Positions 1 to 13,300 of a stretch of 60,000 nucleotides of DNA are shown here, one piece after another. The translations under genes and the position numbers were made by a program. Source of the DNA: Lytechinus pictus (taxonomy: Eukaryota). A model generated the notes under the pieces. It was not told the DNA's origin. It saw only the letters and a list, made by a program, of their open reading frames with translations, and did no database searches. Position 1 is the first letter of the stretch. Every line of letters begins with the position of its first letter. The stretch is from positions 9,674,001 through 9,734,000 of the forward strand of contig NC_087263.1 of NCBI RefSeq assembly GCF_037042905.1, written 5' to 3'.

Positions 1-727
1 CACTGCATGTCAAAATAAATCATATCGGAGTTTATACATTGATCCATTTTAAATTTCAAACATTACCATACTTTTTTCTGAAGATAACTTATCACGCAAC
101 ATAATTATGACCCAATGTTGTTTTTAAATTTGTCTATACAGGTAAAAACAGACCACGCAATGACAACTCTTTATCTTACGACAACAATTTACAAAATGTA
201 TACAGCTCATTTGCATAACCAGGAAAAACAAATTAGTCCTTTCCGCCAGTATAACTTCCGGGAGAACAAAGTTAGATAAAGAGTGATAGGACCCTATGGA
301 TTAATCCGACTGTGTGTCTCTATTATAGCTATTATCCACTTCCCCCTTTTATACCAATTCACAATTTTATGTAGCATGATTACAATGATGACTTGAGCAG
401 GTTTTATTAGAATTAAACATTTTATGATGAAGGTGACGATGCGATTACTTATATTGGTGAAATTTACGTATGATTTTAATATTGTCAAAATAAATGAGTA
501 TCGAATTCACATCTTGTTCACAAGTCTAGTTCACAAGCCACGGAAGCGGCTTTTGATTGACTTTGTCTTTAATCATTATTTTTGGCGTTTCCGCGTTCTG
601 TGTTTTCTGACAATGTCATATGTTTTTTGCATAATAATGTATTGAGCAGATTTAACCATTTGAAAACATTTGAAGAAAAGCTTTACTCGGATTTTCTGAT
701 AACTGAACTCGAATTTACCACGATCAA

Positions 728-774
728 TTACGTCACTATGACGTAAGAAAACTTTACAGCTCAACATCCAATCA
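728..774 (+). promoter_or_regulatory. Candidate NELL upstream elements: inverted pair of CRE/ATF-like sites (TTACGTCA-cta-TGACGTAA) followed by CCAATCA
   Basis: Palindrome at 728-746 and CCAAT at 768-774, about 530 bp upstream of the ATG. Function is inferred only. Confidence 0.35.
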
Positions 775-1271
775 CAACTCCCCGATTGCAATTAGGCCTC
801 ACAACTGTAGGACTAGTACATTTTGATACAGACATTAGAAGTACCGGTACTATAAAATTTTATAGTCGGTCTTAAAATGTAGAAGTTTAAAAGTGTGACG
901 ATTATCAATTGAATATATGAATTGTTTGTGTATTCAGTGATTTATTTTGATATAACTGTGTAATATTTGACAAAATTATTTTATTTCGGTAATTGGCTTC
1001 CCTAAAATATAATGGATTGATCTACTGCAACTCCGGCCGGCCGAGTAGTATCGCTCACTGCACCTGCATGCTGCGATGCGATATACACAATGCGTAATAG
1101 CTGCATTTGTGCGAGACAAAACATTTAATCATTCATTTGTGTTGTTAGAAGTCGAGTCGATCGGAACTGAGTAGAGGAGTGGATACTTTTGTTTTAGGAG
1201 CTCAGGAACCAATATTTTCATCTGAAGTGTACAAGAGAGGCTTGGTGCCTTTGTTGGAAGGAAAATCGAGA

Positions 1272-1329
1272 ATGGGGACAATGATTGGAGTTGTGCTGGT
1301 AGCAGTTTGCTGCTGTCTTTTTGGTAGAG
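1272..1329 (+). CDS. NELL1/2: NELL exon 1 (signal peptide [19 protein letters not shown])
   Basis: ATG at 1272, hydrophobic leader, donor G|GTAAGA; phase 1 fits exon 2. Confidence 0.85.
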
Positions 1330-4300
1330 GTAAGAAAGAGATTTTCAATTTTCATCTGACTTGGTAGAGGAGCGCGCAGTGAGACAAGAGGTCTACCCCG
1401 ATTACCCCAAACACTCGGGCCTAAAAGTACCCTCCAAATCCACCATCTCGGTCCCACCCAATATATTTTATGTAGGCCTATCTGTACCAGCAATCCGCAT
1501 TAGCTTCGTTTATACATTTATAGGCTACATTCTGGGCAGTGTTTCTTTAACTTTATCTCTTTTTTTCTCCCCAGGCCCTAGCTAAGTTAGATCTGTGTTA
1601 GATCTACCATTTTTGCCCTTGTTCATTGTTGTCTCCATAAAACTTAGAATTAGAGTGACTAGGCCTACTTAACGTAATTCGTAAAATCATTATTAAAAGG
1701 CAGCCAAATTTCACTAAAACTCTAGATCTATTTCAATTCAAGAAGCTTCTCCCCATCTTGACCTTAATTATTATGTCCATATGACATTCAGAACCTGTAC
1801 TAGTTAAATCTAGATCTATACTTTTAGCAATAATAATCATTTAGATGCAGTGACCACCTACCACAAGCACAACACAAACTTTAAAAAGTTGTAGGCAGAT
1901 ATTCATGAAAAATTCTGACTCAAAATGGTGAAGAAATATTGAATATGTGTAAAGTGAATGGGTGCGCAGACATGGAGTACCATTTTTTTTTCAGTTTGAA
2001 AATCAGATGTTTTTTTCAACTTTTTATGAGATTTTTGGCACACTTATGAGAATATAAAGGAACATTAACTGAAAATATTAGTGGATTTTTCAAAGAAATT
2101 TGTTTGATTAATCTCAAGTTAAATTTTAAAGGAGAAATATATTGATTATGAATATGGCCTTATTATATATCAGTGGAAAGGTAATGATGTGAGGATTACC
2201 ATTAGGTCATTCAAAAATAACGAAAATAATTCATAAGGTGGAAATCGCCAATTAAAAAGCGCTAAAATGCCTCTCCGAAATATGCCTCGCATCGGTCTCT
2301 GAATTGACTCGAATTTGATGACGTCACTGTCTGTACGAGAGGCGTGATTGGCTCTCCCACGTCAAGCTCCACTTGCATGCAAAACGTTTTCTCCACACTG
2401 ACACTGAATACTTCGATCATGAATTGAAAGAAAACCCAGAAATTTATCTAGATTTAGATTTTCAAATTGATGATTATAAAGATGAAGAGAATGATGATAA
2501 AGTTTCTAACTCTAGAAAAACAAAGTGACGTGGATGGTGGTAAATTAAGGGAATTACGCCGGTGATGATGAGTAAGACAATTCAACTTGCAAGCCGATTC
2601 GCTACCAACGCATGCAGCTGCTAGCTGCACCGCGGGTCAAATCCATGAAAATGAATTCCATGCAGCATGACCACATCCAGACAGAGTCTCTTTCCTCTAT
2701 CAACAACATAATGAGAAGGAAAATAACTGTACTTACAAATAAGTGAATATATCCGAACCTAGGCGGAAGGTAAATAAACTCAAGGAATAGCAGCAGACGA
2801 TATGCACCAACGATGAATTTCACGTGGCTGGAATAGATTGTCACTCGTTCTGTAAGATAAAATTTATATCTCATTATTTTGACTAAATTACGAAACTCGG
2901 AGAATTAGTATTCTACATAAAAATTAAGTAACACCTGATACTATTTTTTGAATTCCGATAAAATATTTTTGAAGCAAAGAAATTGAGGTAATTTAAAATA
3001 AGATATAAAGGATCATCCACTTAGCCGCATGCGATTGTAAACAAACAATTAAAAGCACATGGCCAGCTTGCTCCACTTCAGTGGCTTGCTCGCCCATAGA
3101 GTTGGAGCGTAGCTTTATCCAACTCTATGTGCTCGCCTTGCTGATTGTTTACAATCGAATGCGAGCTAGGCGGATGATCTTTTATATCTAATTTTAATTT
3201 ACCTCATTTTCTTTGCTTCAAAAAGGTTTTATCGTAATTAAAAAAATAGTACCAGGTGTTACTTAATTTTTATGTAGAATACTAATTCTCCGAGTTTCGT
3301 AATTTAGTCAAAATAATGAGATATAAATTTTATCTAACAGAACGAGTGACAATCTCCCAGCCACGTGAAATTCATCGTCGGTGCATATCGTCTGCTGTTA
3401 TTCCTTGAGTTGATTTACCTTCAGCCTAGGTTCGGATATATTCACTTGTTTGTAAGTACAGTTATAACATTATTTTCATTCTCATTATGTTGTTGATAGA
3501 AGAAAGAGACTCTGTCTGGATGTGGTCGTGATGGAATTCATTTTCATGGATTTGACCCGCGGAGCAGCTATCAGCTGCATGTGTTGGTAGCGAATCGGCT
3601 TGCAAGTTGAATTGTCCTACTCATAATCACCGGCGTAATTCCCCTAATGTATACCTCTATCCACGTCACTTTGTTTTTTCTAGAGCTAGAAACTTCATCA
3701 TCATTCTCTTCATCTTCATAATCATCAATTTGAAAATCCAAATCTAGATAAAATTCAGGGTTTTCTTTCATTTCGGGATCGAAGTATTCAGTGACAATGT
3801 GGAGAAAACGTACCCTCGCAACAGGTTTTGCATGCAAGTGGAGCTTCACGTTGGAGAGCCAATCACGCCTCTCGTACAGAAAGTGACGTCATAAAAAATC
3901 CCCAATTTCGCGGACGTAATTCTGCGTGTTTGAAGCATTCAGAGAGAGAACTTTAAACTATAAATTAACTGAGTTCCATCGGTCTCCATGATAACTGATT
4001 TACACCATCGTGTTCTCCTTATTTTCTCCTTTAATTTGATATATGATTCTCCATTTTTGCGATTTTCAATATAGTTCTACTTTAAAGGTGTGCAGACATG
4101 GGCACCCCTTCAATTCATGAGTAATGTACAGTTGTATTTTATTTTGTAACATTTTACAGAGGGTAACTGGCCCAAGAATGTAAAAATTTCAAAAATTATA
4201 AACCTTGTAATTAGGACCTGACCCCCCCCTCCCCTCCTCTAACATGTAACCTCCTATTAGACGTGACTGATAATAATCCTATATGCTCTTCACACTGCAC

Positions 4301-7300
4301 TTTTTTTCCTTAACCCCGGGAAATTGTTTTCACACTATGTTTTTAGCAAAGTGGGCTAGCACAGTAAATAGTACGGTACTATCTGGCCCGGCAAAAAAGC
4401 AGGGTTAGCTGGCTTATTGTGGTGCTAGCACCACAATTGCGGTGCCAAGGGATGCAGTGTGAAACGAAACAGGGCTAAGGAAAAGTTAAGGCGTTTACCC
4501 CGGCTAAGCAAATAGTATGGGGTTTATAAGAAAGACAGTGTGAATCGAAAAAAAAATAGTATGGGGTTTAAAGGAGAATGAAACTCTTGGAGCAAGTTAG
4601 CTTTTGTGAAAGCAGAAAAATCAAAGAATAAGATCAACAAAACTTTGAGTAAAATAGGACTAGCAATAAAAGAGTTATGAGCATTTGAATGTCGAGATCA
4701 CTAATGCTATGGAGATCCTCCCATTGGCAATGCGACCAAGATCTGTGATGTCACACACGTACAACTCTCCCATTTGGACACTGAAAATATACCCCAAAAC
4801 ATCTCTTTTTGCTCATTCTAATCATATGACAAACGATTCATCAATGATATAATGTTGTGAAACCTCTGTACTTGTCATCTCATACAGAGAACACCTCACC
4901 TTGTGATAGACTCTATAAAAGTGAGAATATAAGTGAAATAAGTACTAAAGTAATGAGGGAGTTGTACGTGTGTGATATCACGGATCTTGGTCGCATTGCC
5001 GATGGGAGGATCTACATGGCACTAGTGATCTCAATATTCAAATGCTCATAACTTTCTTATTATTCATTTAATCTTCCTCAAACTTTCAACAATATGTTTC
5101 TTTGATTTTTCTCTTTGATATGGATTCAGCTGGTTTCAAGGGTTTCATTCTCCTTTAAGGATAGTCCAGGGTTAAGGATAGTATGGGATTAAGGAAATAC
5201 AGTGTGAAAAGCATACTTTATCTCCTCAGCTGGGTTGCAAAAAGCCAGAGTCAATAACTTCCACCCTTGGATTACTGCCTGGCGCACATCACATCGCCCA
5301 TCCCCTTTCCTATGTAAACTTTCCAAGTCTTCTCTAGCGTGTGTGCTATTTCTATGTAATCAAATGGACCTGCCCACCTATTGTGTTTGCTATGTGAGAT
5401 TAAAATTGATCATCTGCATGAGGTCATTGCATTTGTAGTCGATGGAATTTGATACACGTACCACTTGTCTAATCTGTGTTTTGGTAGACCTGTTACCAAG
5501 TGACTGGCAGTGCTGTTGGCCGGTTGGTCAAATGATATGATGTTTTGTCTGTTTCTATAAAATAACAAATTTGCCTGTATTTGTATTTGATTAATATGTA
5601 TAGGTTGACTTTGGCTGGTTTAACATACAGTGGAGGCCTATGGCTGGTCAGGGAATTCCCCCAGGCTGATCAGGGGAGCGTTTCATGAAAGGACTTGTCG
5701 GACGTTTTATCCGACAAGTCCCATTTTATCCGACAGTTGCCATAGTAACAGTGCTCCTTAGCCAATCAACATCAAGGGAAGTTGTCAGATCTGACAACTT
5801 GTCGGACAAAAATGTTGATGAAACACTCCCCAGTCGTGCTTTTATATAATAATCTCAAATAATAACTCATCAATTATAAATTGACGATGATATGCAAGGA
5901 AAGAAATTGCATATACATGGGGGCTTGCCTTGAAGTGTATTCACCCCTAAAATGCTCAAAAGTGCCCAGGAAAATTAAAAAAAGAACCCCAAAATATTTC
6001 CACTCACTGCAAATTTGAAACTTATAAAAATACAATGTTACAGATTCTGGCAGTACATGAGGGATGTGTAACGTACACTAGCCCCCCCCCCCCAAAAAAA
6101 AAAAAATATGTGAGCTGTAGTATGTACACGTACATGTAAATGTAGTTCCAGTCAGCTTTCTTTGAAGTTCATCTGATCTTTCACCAAATAGTTGCAGAAA
6201 TTTAATTCGCATTATAGCCTAGAGAATAATGTATGTACACATGTGTTTTAATATACAGTATGGCTTTATTTTAGAATATCTGTTGGTTGAGGCATAATAG
6301 GTCCATGGTTGAGGATACTGAATTGTACACGTTGAATTGAGTCCAATCATCCTGGTGTGTACCCTTTAAATCAATTTATGAAAGCCTTTGGTGAGGCCTC
6401 CCATCCGATTACTCACGCTATTCTTCCATGAAATTGAACTTGGTCAATCTCCTTCCAACCTCAATTAGCACTTTCTCATTAGTCTTGTATCCAGACCATT
6501 CCATTCCCATTGTTGACAATTTGGCAGCCAACCTAGGGAAATTGTTCACTCTTGTTTATTTATGACAGTGTACAAAATGCATGTACATGTACACATGCAT
6601 GCACTGCAAATCTGGACCATGTCTCAGAAATGGTTGATTATCCATCTGATACTTGTACATGTATGTAAAAGCATCACTGTTGACATTAACATTCATAATT
6701 GAATGGTTCATGCCTTAAAATCCTAAACAACAAAAACAACAACAGCAAGCCAGCCTAACATTTTACATCATCATCTGGAATGCATAGTTTTTTATGCCCC
6801 TTCAAAGTGATGCCATACCCATAGTGACTGAAATATTAACCAATTATGCTTTTACAAAGGGGCAGTGTATGCATTTTTTAAAAAATGACATTGATGTCAT
6901 TCCATAGTTCCCATGATTGAATAGATCAATTGCATCACCTTGTAAGACAGGGTTCGGGAGTGGCTGATCGAGAGAGAGAGAGAGAGAGGTAAAAATCTTT
7001 AAGGGTGACAGTGATGCTTTTCACACTGCATTTCCTTAACCCCATACTATCCTTAACCCCGGACTATCCTTAACCCCATACTATCCTTTTTTCGATATAC
7101 ACTGTCTTTCTTAACCCCGTACTATTTGCTTAGCCGAGGTTAACGCCTCAACCCCGGGCAATCACACAGCTCATAAATATTGATGAGTTTACCATACAGA
7201 GCGCGATTAATGTGCAATTTCGACTTCTGTGATTGGCTAATGCTTAGCCCCACTATTGCTTAATAGCCCTGTCTCGTTTCACACTGCATCCCTTAGCACC

Positions 7301-10300
7301 GCAATTGTGGTGCTAGCACCACAATAAGCCGGCTAACGCTGCTTTTTTGCAGGGCCAGATAGTAAGTACTGTACTGTACTATTTACCGTGCTAGCCCACT
7401 TTGCTAAAACGTAGTGTGAAAAACGAAGTGGGCTAAGCTTAACCCAGGGAAATTGGTGGGGCTAAGACCCCCCCCCCTTAGCCCCACCAATTTCCTGGGG
7501 TTAAGGAAAAAAGGGCAGTGTGAAAAGCATATGAGAGTCCTGTACGGCTCTGAGCCAGGCTATACTAGGATATCCAATTAGTCATTGTAGTTTTTATGGA
7601 GAAGATCATTTCAAGCAAACTAGGCGTACTCTGTCACCCTCTGGATGATTGGATGGATGATGGTTGGGTAGTTGGTCATGTCATGTAGGCCCCTCTTGTG
7701 TAGGAGCCTACCATTTTCAAATATTTCAAAGTGTTTTTCAAGGTTAAAAGGGTGGAGAACAACAGAAAATAGAAAAAAAGAGAATTATTCGCAATTACAT
7801 ATCAACTTTAAAGTGATACAAGCACCTTTGTACAGGTTTATCACTCAACCACGCAATATACATGTACATGTACTTGTAGGCTGCTATATTAAAAACATAC
7901 CTGTAGTGGAATAGGAAATATTCAAGCAAGTGTGCAATTATACTAGTATTTGTATAGGAAAAAAAAAACACAAATAAAGACAGAATTTATATTTAGAAAG
8001 AGAAATAATGAAACTAAAAATATCATGTTTGTGTTTGTGCAGTACATACATTTGTGACTTCCAGGAATTCATTTTGTGTTATAAAAAAACTCAAATAATC
8101 CACACCTTTGGCCATGGAGGTTGAACCTCCACCGGTTTGACATTGTATGTTTGAAAACAACACAGTAGCTCTCCACTGACATTCCTCAAATTTCTAATCA
8201 CTTCAACTGAGAATGCTCCTGGGAAATTGAAAAAGACCCGTTCCCACTGTAAAATTATCATCTCTGAGACTTGAACTGTACAGTATGACTTGAGTATCAA
8301 ATATTTAGTAAACCAGTTTGAGACATTTTGACTACATGTACGTAAAATTGCTGTGTAATCATTTCACTGTTATGCCCACAAGAAGAACACCAATTTTGTT
8401 TAATCGCTTGCAAAAACTTGAACAGTACCAGTGTTTTATAATTTTTTTTGTGAGATCTGTGTTTTATCCTCTCTGGTGTTTAGACTTAGTGTACATGGTA
8501 AAATTTAGTCACTAGTAAAATTATATATATTTTTTTGCAACAAACAGTATATTTTTGGATGGATGCTTCTGGTTTTTTTTTTTACCCATTCACATGATTT
8601 CCAAATTATGTTTTTATTGAGTGTGAACAGGGCTTTTGACATGAAAATGAAGGAATGAAATGTTAGGAGGTGGATGCAGAGAACTGCACTTGTATTGGTG
8701 TTGCTGAAACAATCCATATCTACTAGTTTGTGTGACTGTGTTTATATTTTGAGTGTGAAGGGGGCATTTGAAATTAAAATAGAAGGAAATGAAAGTTTCA
8801 GACTATTGTAGATGAATAGGCCCTACACTTCGTATACATTTTATGCCCTTTCTATTGGCATGATCACCACTAGAACCATTCACTAGAGTATTTTATTGCA
8901 CATGTCACTATTTCTGTTTTGAGGAAAAAGGGGGCTGAAAATAAAACGTTTTTTAAAGTTGCAGGAAATCATTCCAGAAATCTGCTTCTTTTTAAAGTTC
9001 TATAGAAATTACTGCTGTAGACTATGATATATGTTTATATTTTGAGTGTGAAGAGGGCTCTCTTGAGATTAAGCTGAAACCTAATCCAAGATTCTCGAGA
9101 TCAGTATCTTGGAAATGTCAGTCATATTGAGGAGGGTTATTAGAGTCTATGATTTATGATCAGCTTAGTACATGTCTGGAGTTTATGACAGGAAGACTTC
9201 AATCAGTTTCACTCTGTTTCAGCTCTCCTCAGAAGGAATAAAGGGAAGATGAAAAATAATAAACGTGGATGAATCATAATCCCAATTTTTGGAATTGTTT
9301 CCATTCCATATAAGTGAAGGAAACACCTTGGGTTTATTTAAAACTATTTGACTATTGAACCTTCTTCAGATCATATCTTATCCTGGTATACAGTGTACAT
9401 GTACTGTAGTTTTACAAATATATTTGTAAACAGTTGCACCCCTCCCTTGAGCATACAATCATACTGTACATGTAGCACCAATTTCCAGGTATGCAGACGG
9501 TTGAAATGAAAATTCACATCTTTTATATTTTTTGAAAAAAATAAACTATATGGGAGATGATAATAATAATAATAGGCATTTATTTAGCGCCATCTACATG
9601 TATCTAGAAATATTCTATTCCGAGGCGCGTTATTATTATTACCCCGGCTTTAGCTCGAGCTGCCTTTTAGCGTTCACACATTCAAGGAATTGATCCTGTC
9701 TGGTACCCATTCACTTCACCTGGGTTCAGTGCAGCACGATGTGGATAAATTTCTTGCTGAGGGAAAGTACGCCATGGCTAGGATTCAAACCCTTGACCCT
9801 CTGTTTGTTTCAAAGTCAGAAGACTAATCCACTGGGCCACAACGCTCCACATACATGTAATGCATAAGAATGTTGGACTGTTCATCTGAATGATTTTGTA
9901 TCAATTGAGATGCTTCAAATACACTTGTAGGTGTAAATGTAGGTGTGCATATTTTTATGTCGTGGAGGATGAAATAGAGGCTGTATGGCACACAGGTACA
10001 TGTACATGTACGTATATGTACACTGTATTTGTACATTGCAAAGTTGGTAGACCCCAAACCTAAGTATAGTCCTGGATCTCCTGTACATGTTAGCATGTAA
10101 GTTCCAATTTTTGTGCTACATATACTATTAAAAAAAATTGATATTCAGGGGAGTGTTTCATGAAATATCTTCTTGACAGTGGTTTTCACTGACAAATTTG
10201 CACTGAGCCAATCAAATGCAAGGATTTCAGCAGCTTATAACAAATAGTCAATGGAAATCACTGGCAATTCGTTTCATGAAATGCTCCCCCACTTACAATT

Positions 10301-13300
10301 TTGCTCTGAGCCAATCAAATGCATGGATTTCAGCAGCTTATAACAAAAAGTCGATGGACATCAATGAGTATTTTGTTTCCTGAAATGCTACTCTGGTGTT
10401 GCTATCTCCAGTCTCCTCCTTGTGTGCCCCTGCAAACTTCTCTATTTAATTCCAATTAAATCTGAGATGGGATTAAGATTAAAGCTCATCAAATGAATTT
10501 ATTTCATCCATCAATATATCAAAGCCGTCTGTCATTTGTGTGGGTTACTAGTATCTATAGCAATTACAAAGTGAGCTTGCCTGAAAATCTTTTTATTACA
10601 GAGTTGTCAATTTCCGATCAATTGCATCTCTCAACTCCTACATTTGTAATTAAAATGCGAAATGCGACTTTTAAAAACATTTCTCCTTTCTCAAAACGCC
10701 TTTGGCTGATTGAACTTACATGTACGTAAAGGTAATCTTAGTATTTATTAGTTGCACAATTCAAATGTTCTAGATAAAAAGGTCAGAGAAGGCAAAATGG
10801 TTTGAAAAAAAGTGAAGATTTATTTAGGAGGAAGAAAGAGAGGAAACACAATGCAACAGAGATAATACAATGTTCAAGAATATATTAAAGGATGTACATG
10901 TAATACATTTAACTGCATATCCAACAGGCATTGTTTTGAAAATGTTCCAATTCTAAAAAAACTTTACTAATAGTTTCCTCACCAAGTTTGTTTCTTACTG
11001 TATTTCCTTGCTTGAGAATGATTTTTGAAGTCTACTTATGGCTTCGGAACAAAGAAGGCGTATTAAAAGTTTAGATTTATAAAGGTACATGTAGAACTTC
11101 TCAGACCCTTTTAATCAGAATTCAGTGACATCTGGACATGATTTTACGAAAAGGAATCGTGAAAAAAATTCCAGATTGTTTATCATAAAACATTGTAGGA
11201 AATTTTGACAACGAAGTTAAGACCACTCAGAGCCTAGTTGAAATTGTTGTAAATATTTTTCAACAAAAAATAAAATAATGCATTAATTTGTTCATTTTAA
11301 TTATCCAAACGTTATAAATCATGTACATGTACTACCAATTTGTTCCTTATTTCCTTGAAAATTATTTTGAAGTCTAGCCGTGGTTTTACAGCACAGGTGA
11401 GGTATGGAATAATGAAATGAATGCGCATGTACTGTAGTTAGTACTGTAGATTATAACAAAAAAAAAATAGAAAAGAAAAATGAAGGGAAATTTCTCAGAT
11501 TTTAGGTGTAACATCTTGTAAACACTAAGGTCATGGAGTAGCTCCATGCTATTAAAGATGATATCTTGCTCCAATCAATTTGTTCCTCATTTCCTTGAAA
11601 ATGATTTTGAAGTCTAGCCGTGGTTTTTGTGGTTTTCGTGGTGGACTCCTGCTGAGAAGATTGTAAGATATATGAGGGTAATCCCCTGAACACACCTCAA
11701 CATACCAGCCCTTTCTTGCTGCCAAAATGATGTTATCAGTGATTAGTCTGCAGGCACAGACCCTGGGCTATCGTTTTAATAGTGCATAATGCAGAGTCTA
11801 ATACCCCTTTCATAAACCCAATTATGCGGCTAATAGCAGCATAATTTGGTCGTAAAATCGGAGGAGGACCAGAGTTATCCGCATTATTTTGATGCTGCAA
11901 TTATCCGCATAATAGCGGCATCGAGATCAGATTTTGACTTTATGAACGCAATTCCAAAGTAATGCGGATAATTGCCATGGTGCGGTCACAAGGTCACCCT
12001 TTTCCAACACAACCGCATCGGAGGGGGTGTGTGCGGTTGCCATGACGATTATCCGCCTTTTTCAGGACGGGCGCTCGTAAAAATAGTGCGGATTATTTTC
12101 GGAGTTTGTGAACGCAATTTTTATTGAATTATCCGCATTACTCTTAGGCGGCTAATTGGAGGATGGGTTTATGGAAGGGGTATACAGTAAAAGTAGGAGA
12201 CTTTGACTAGATTTTATGTGTCTGCTGCTCTTTGGCATCATTTATGCAACCTCATATTAAAGCTAGAATCACTAGAAATATGAATCATGATTACAAATTC
12301 AAACATAAATAATCGACCCTCATTCCAAGTTTCTAACCATGGACCTACTACAACTGGAGTACATGTAGGTCCATGTTCTAACACCATTTCTCCCTCACTT
12401 CAGGCTTAGCTATAAAGTAGTGTAGCCTTCATGTAAATGCACCCTTTGACATGGACAGGTTATACATGTATTTTTATTATTTTATTTATTTATTCATTTA
12501 TTTATTTATTCATTTATTTATTTAATTATTTATGTATTTATTAGTTATTATTTATTAATTATTATTATTATTATTATTATTTTTTTTTTTGGGGGGGGCT
12601 GGTCTTGTGGGTTTGGAAGTTAGTCTCCTCCCTATATGTAAACGTATAATTTGTTGAAGTTTCATATTGAGTCTGTGCTTACAGACTAAGCAGTGGGTGT
12701 GTCCACACTGCAGGCACGAATTGAATCCTGCACCTTTTACAATGTAGGCCTACTGCATTCAATCAACACCCTTTTTACTCTAGAAAAAAAAAATCAAAGA
12801 ACTTAAGTAACAAAACAGTGTGCACAGTACCCTTTAATTGCACCTATATGTAGTGTCATTTGATATTATAAAAAAAAATGATGTGCCTTTTTTTCTTAAA
12901 TTATTAGGTTTCTGCCATACATGTACATGTATATCTATAAACTCCAGAATTATACCCCCTATTTCTGATTTTATGTATTTTTAAAATTGCAATCACATCA
13001 TGCATTCCTACATGTACATGTAACTCTACCATCTATTCTTCTTTTGTGTGTGGTGGTACATATTACAGAAATCGTTGAATACCTCTAATTGCTCTGCCAT
13101 GCTTGTAGAAATTCTTGCAACTGAACAACACTTTTCTACATTGTAATTTCATTTACACTCCCACTCACACATTCACAAATATAACATTATTAAAAGAGTT
13201 GTTTGTGAGTTGGGGCGAGATAACAATGGTCAAGATCTAACTTCTTACTTTTCCATGCTTGAAACTTTGCACATCTATTGAATTTACTCAAGATAATTGA

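Noticed and set aside
3571..3849. Transposase or host-gene ORF in the foldback arm
   Set aside because: Short, no recognisable domain, and the other arm has a stop and an indel in the equivalent frame.
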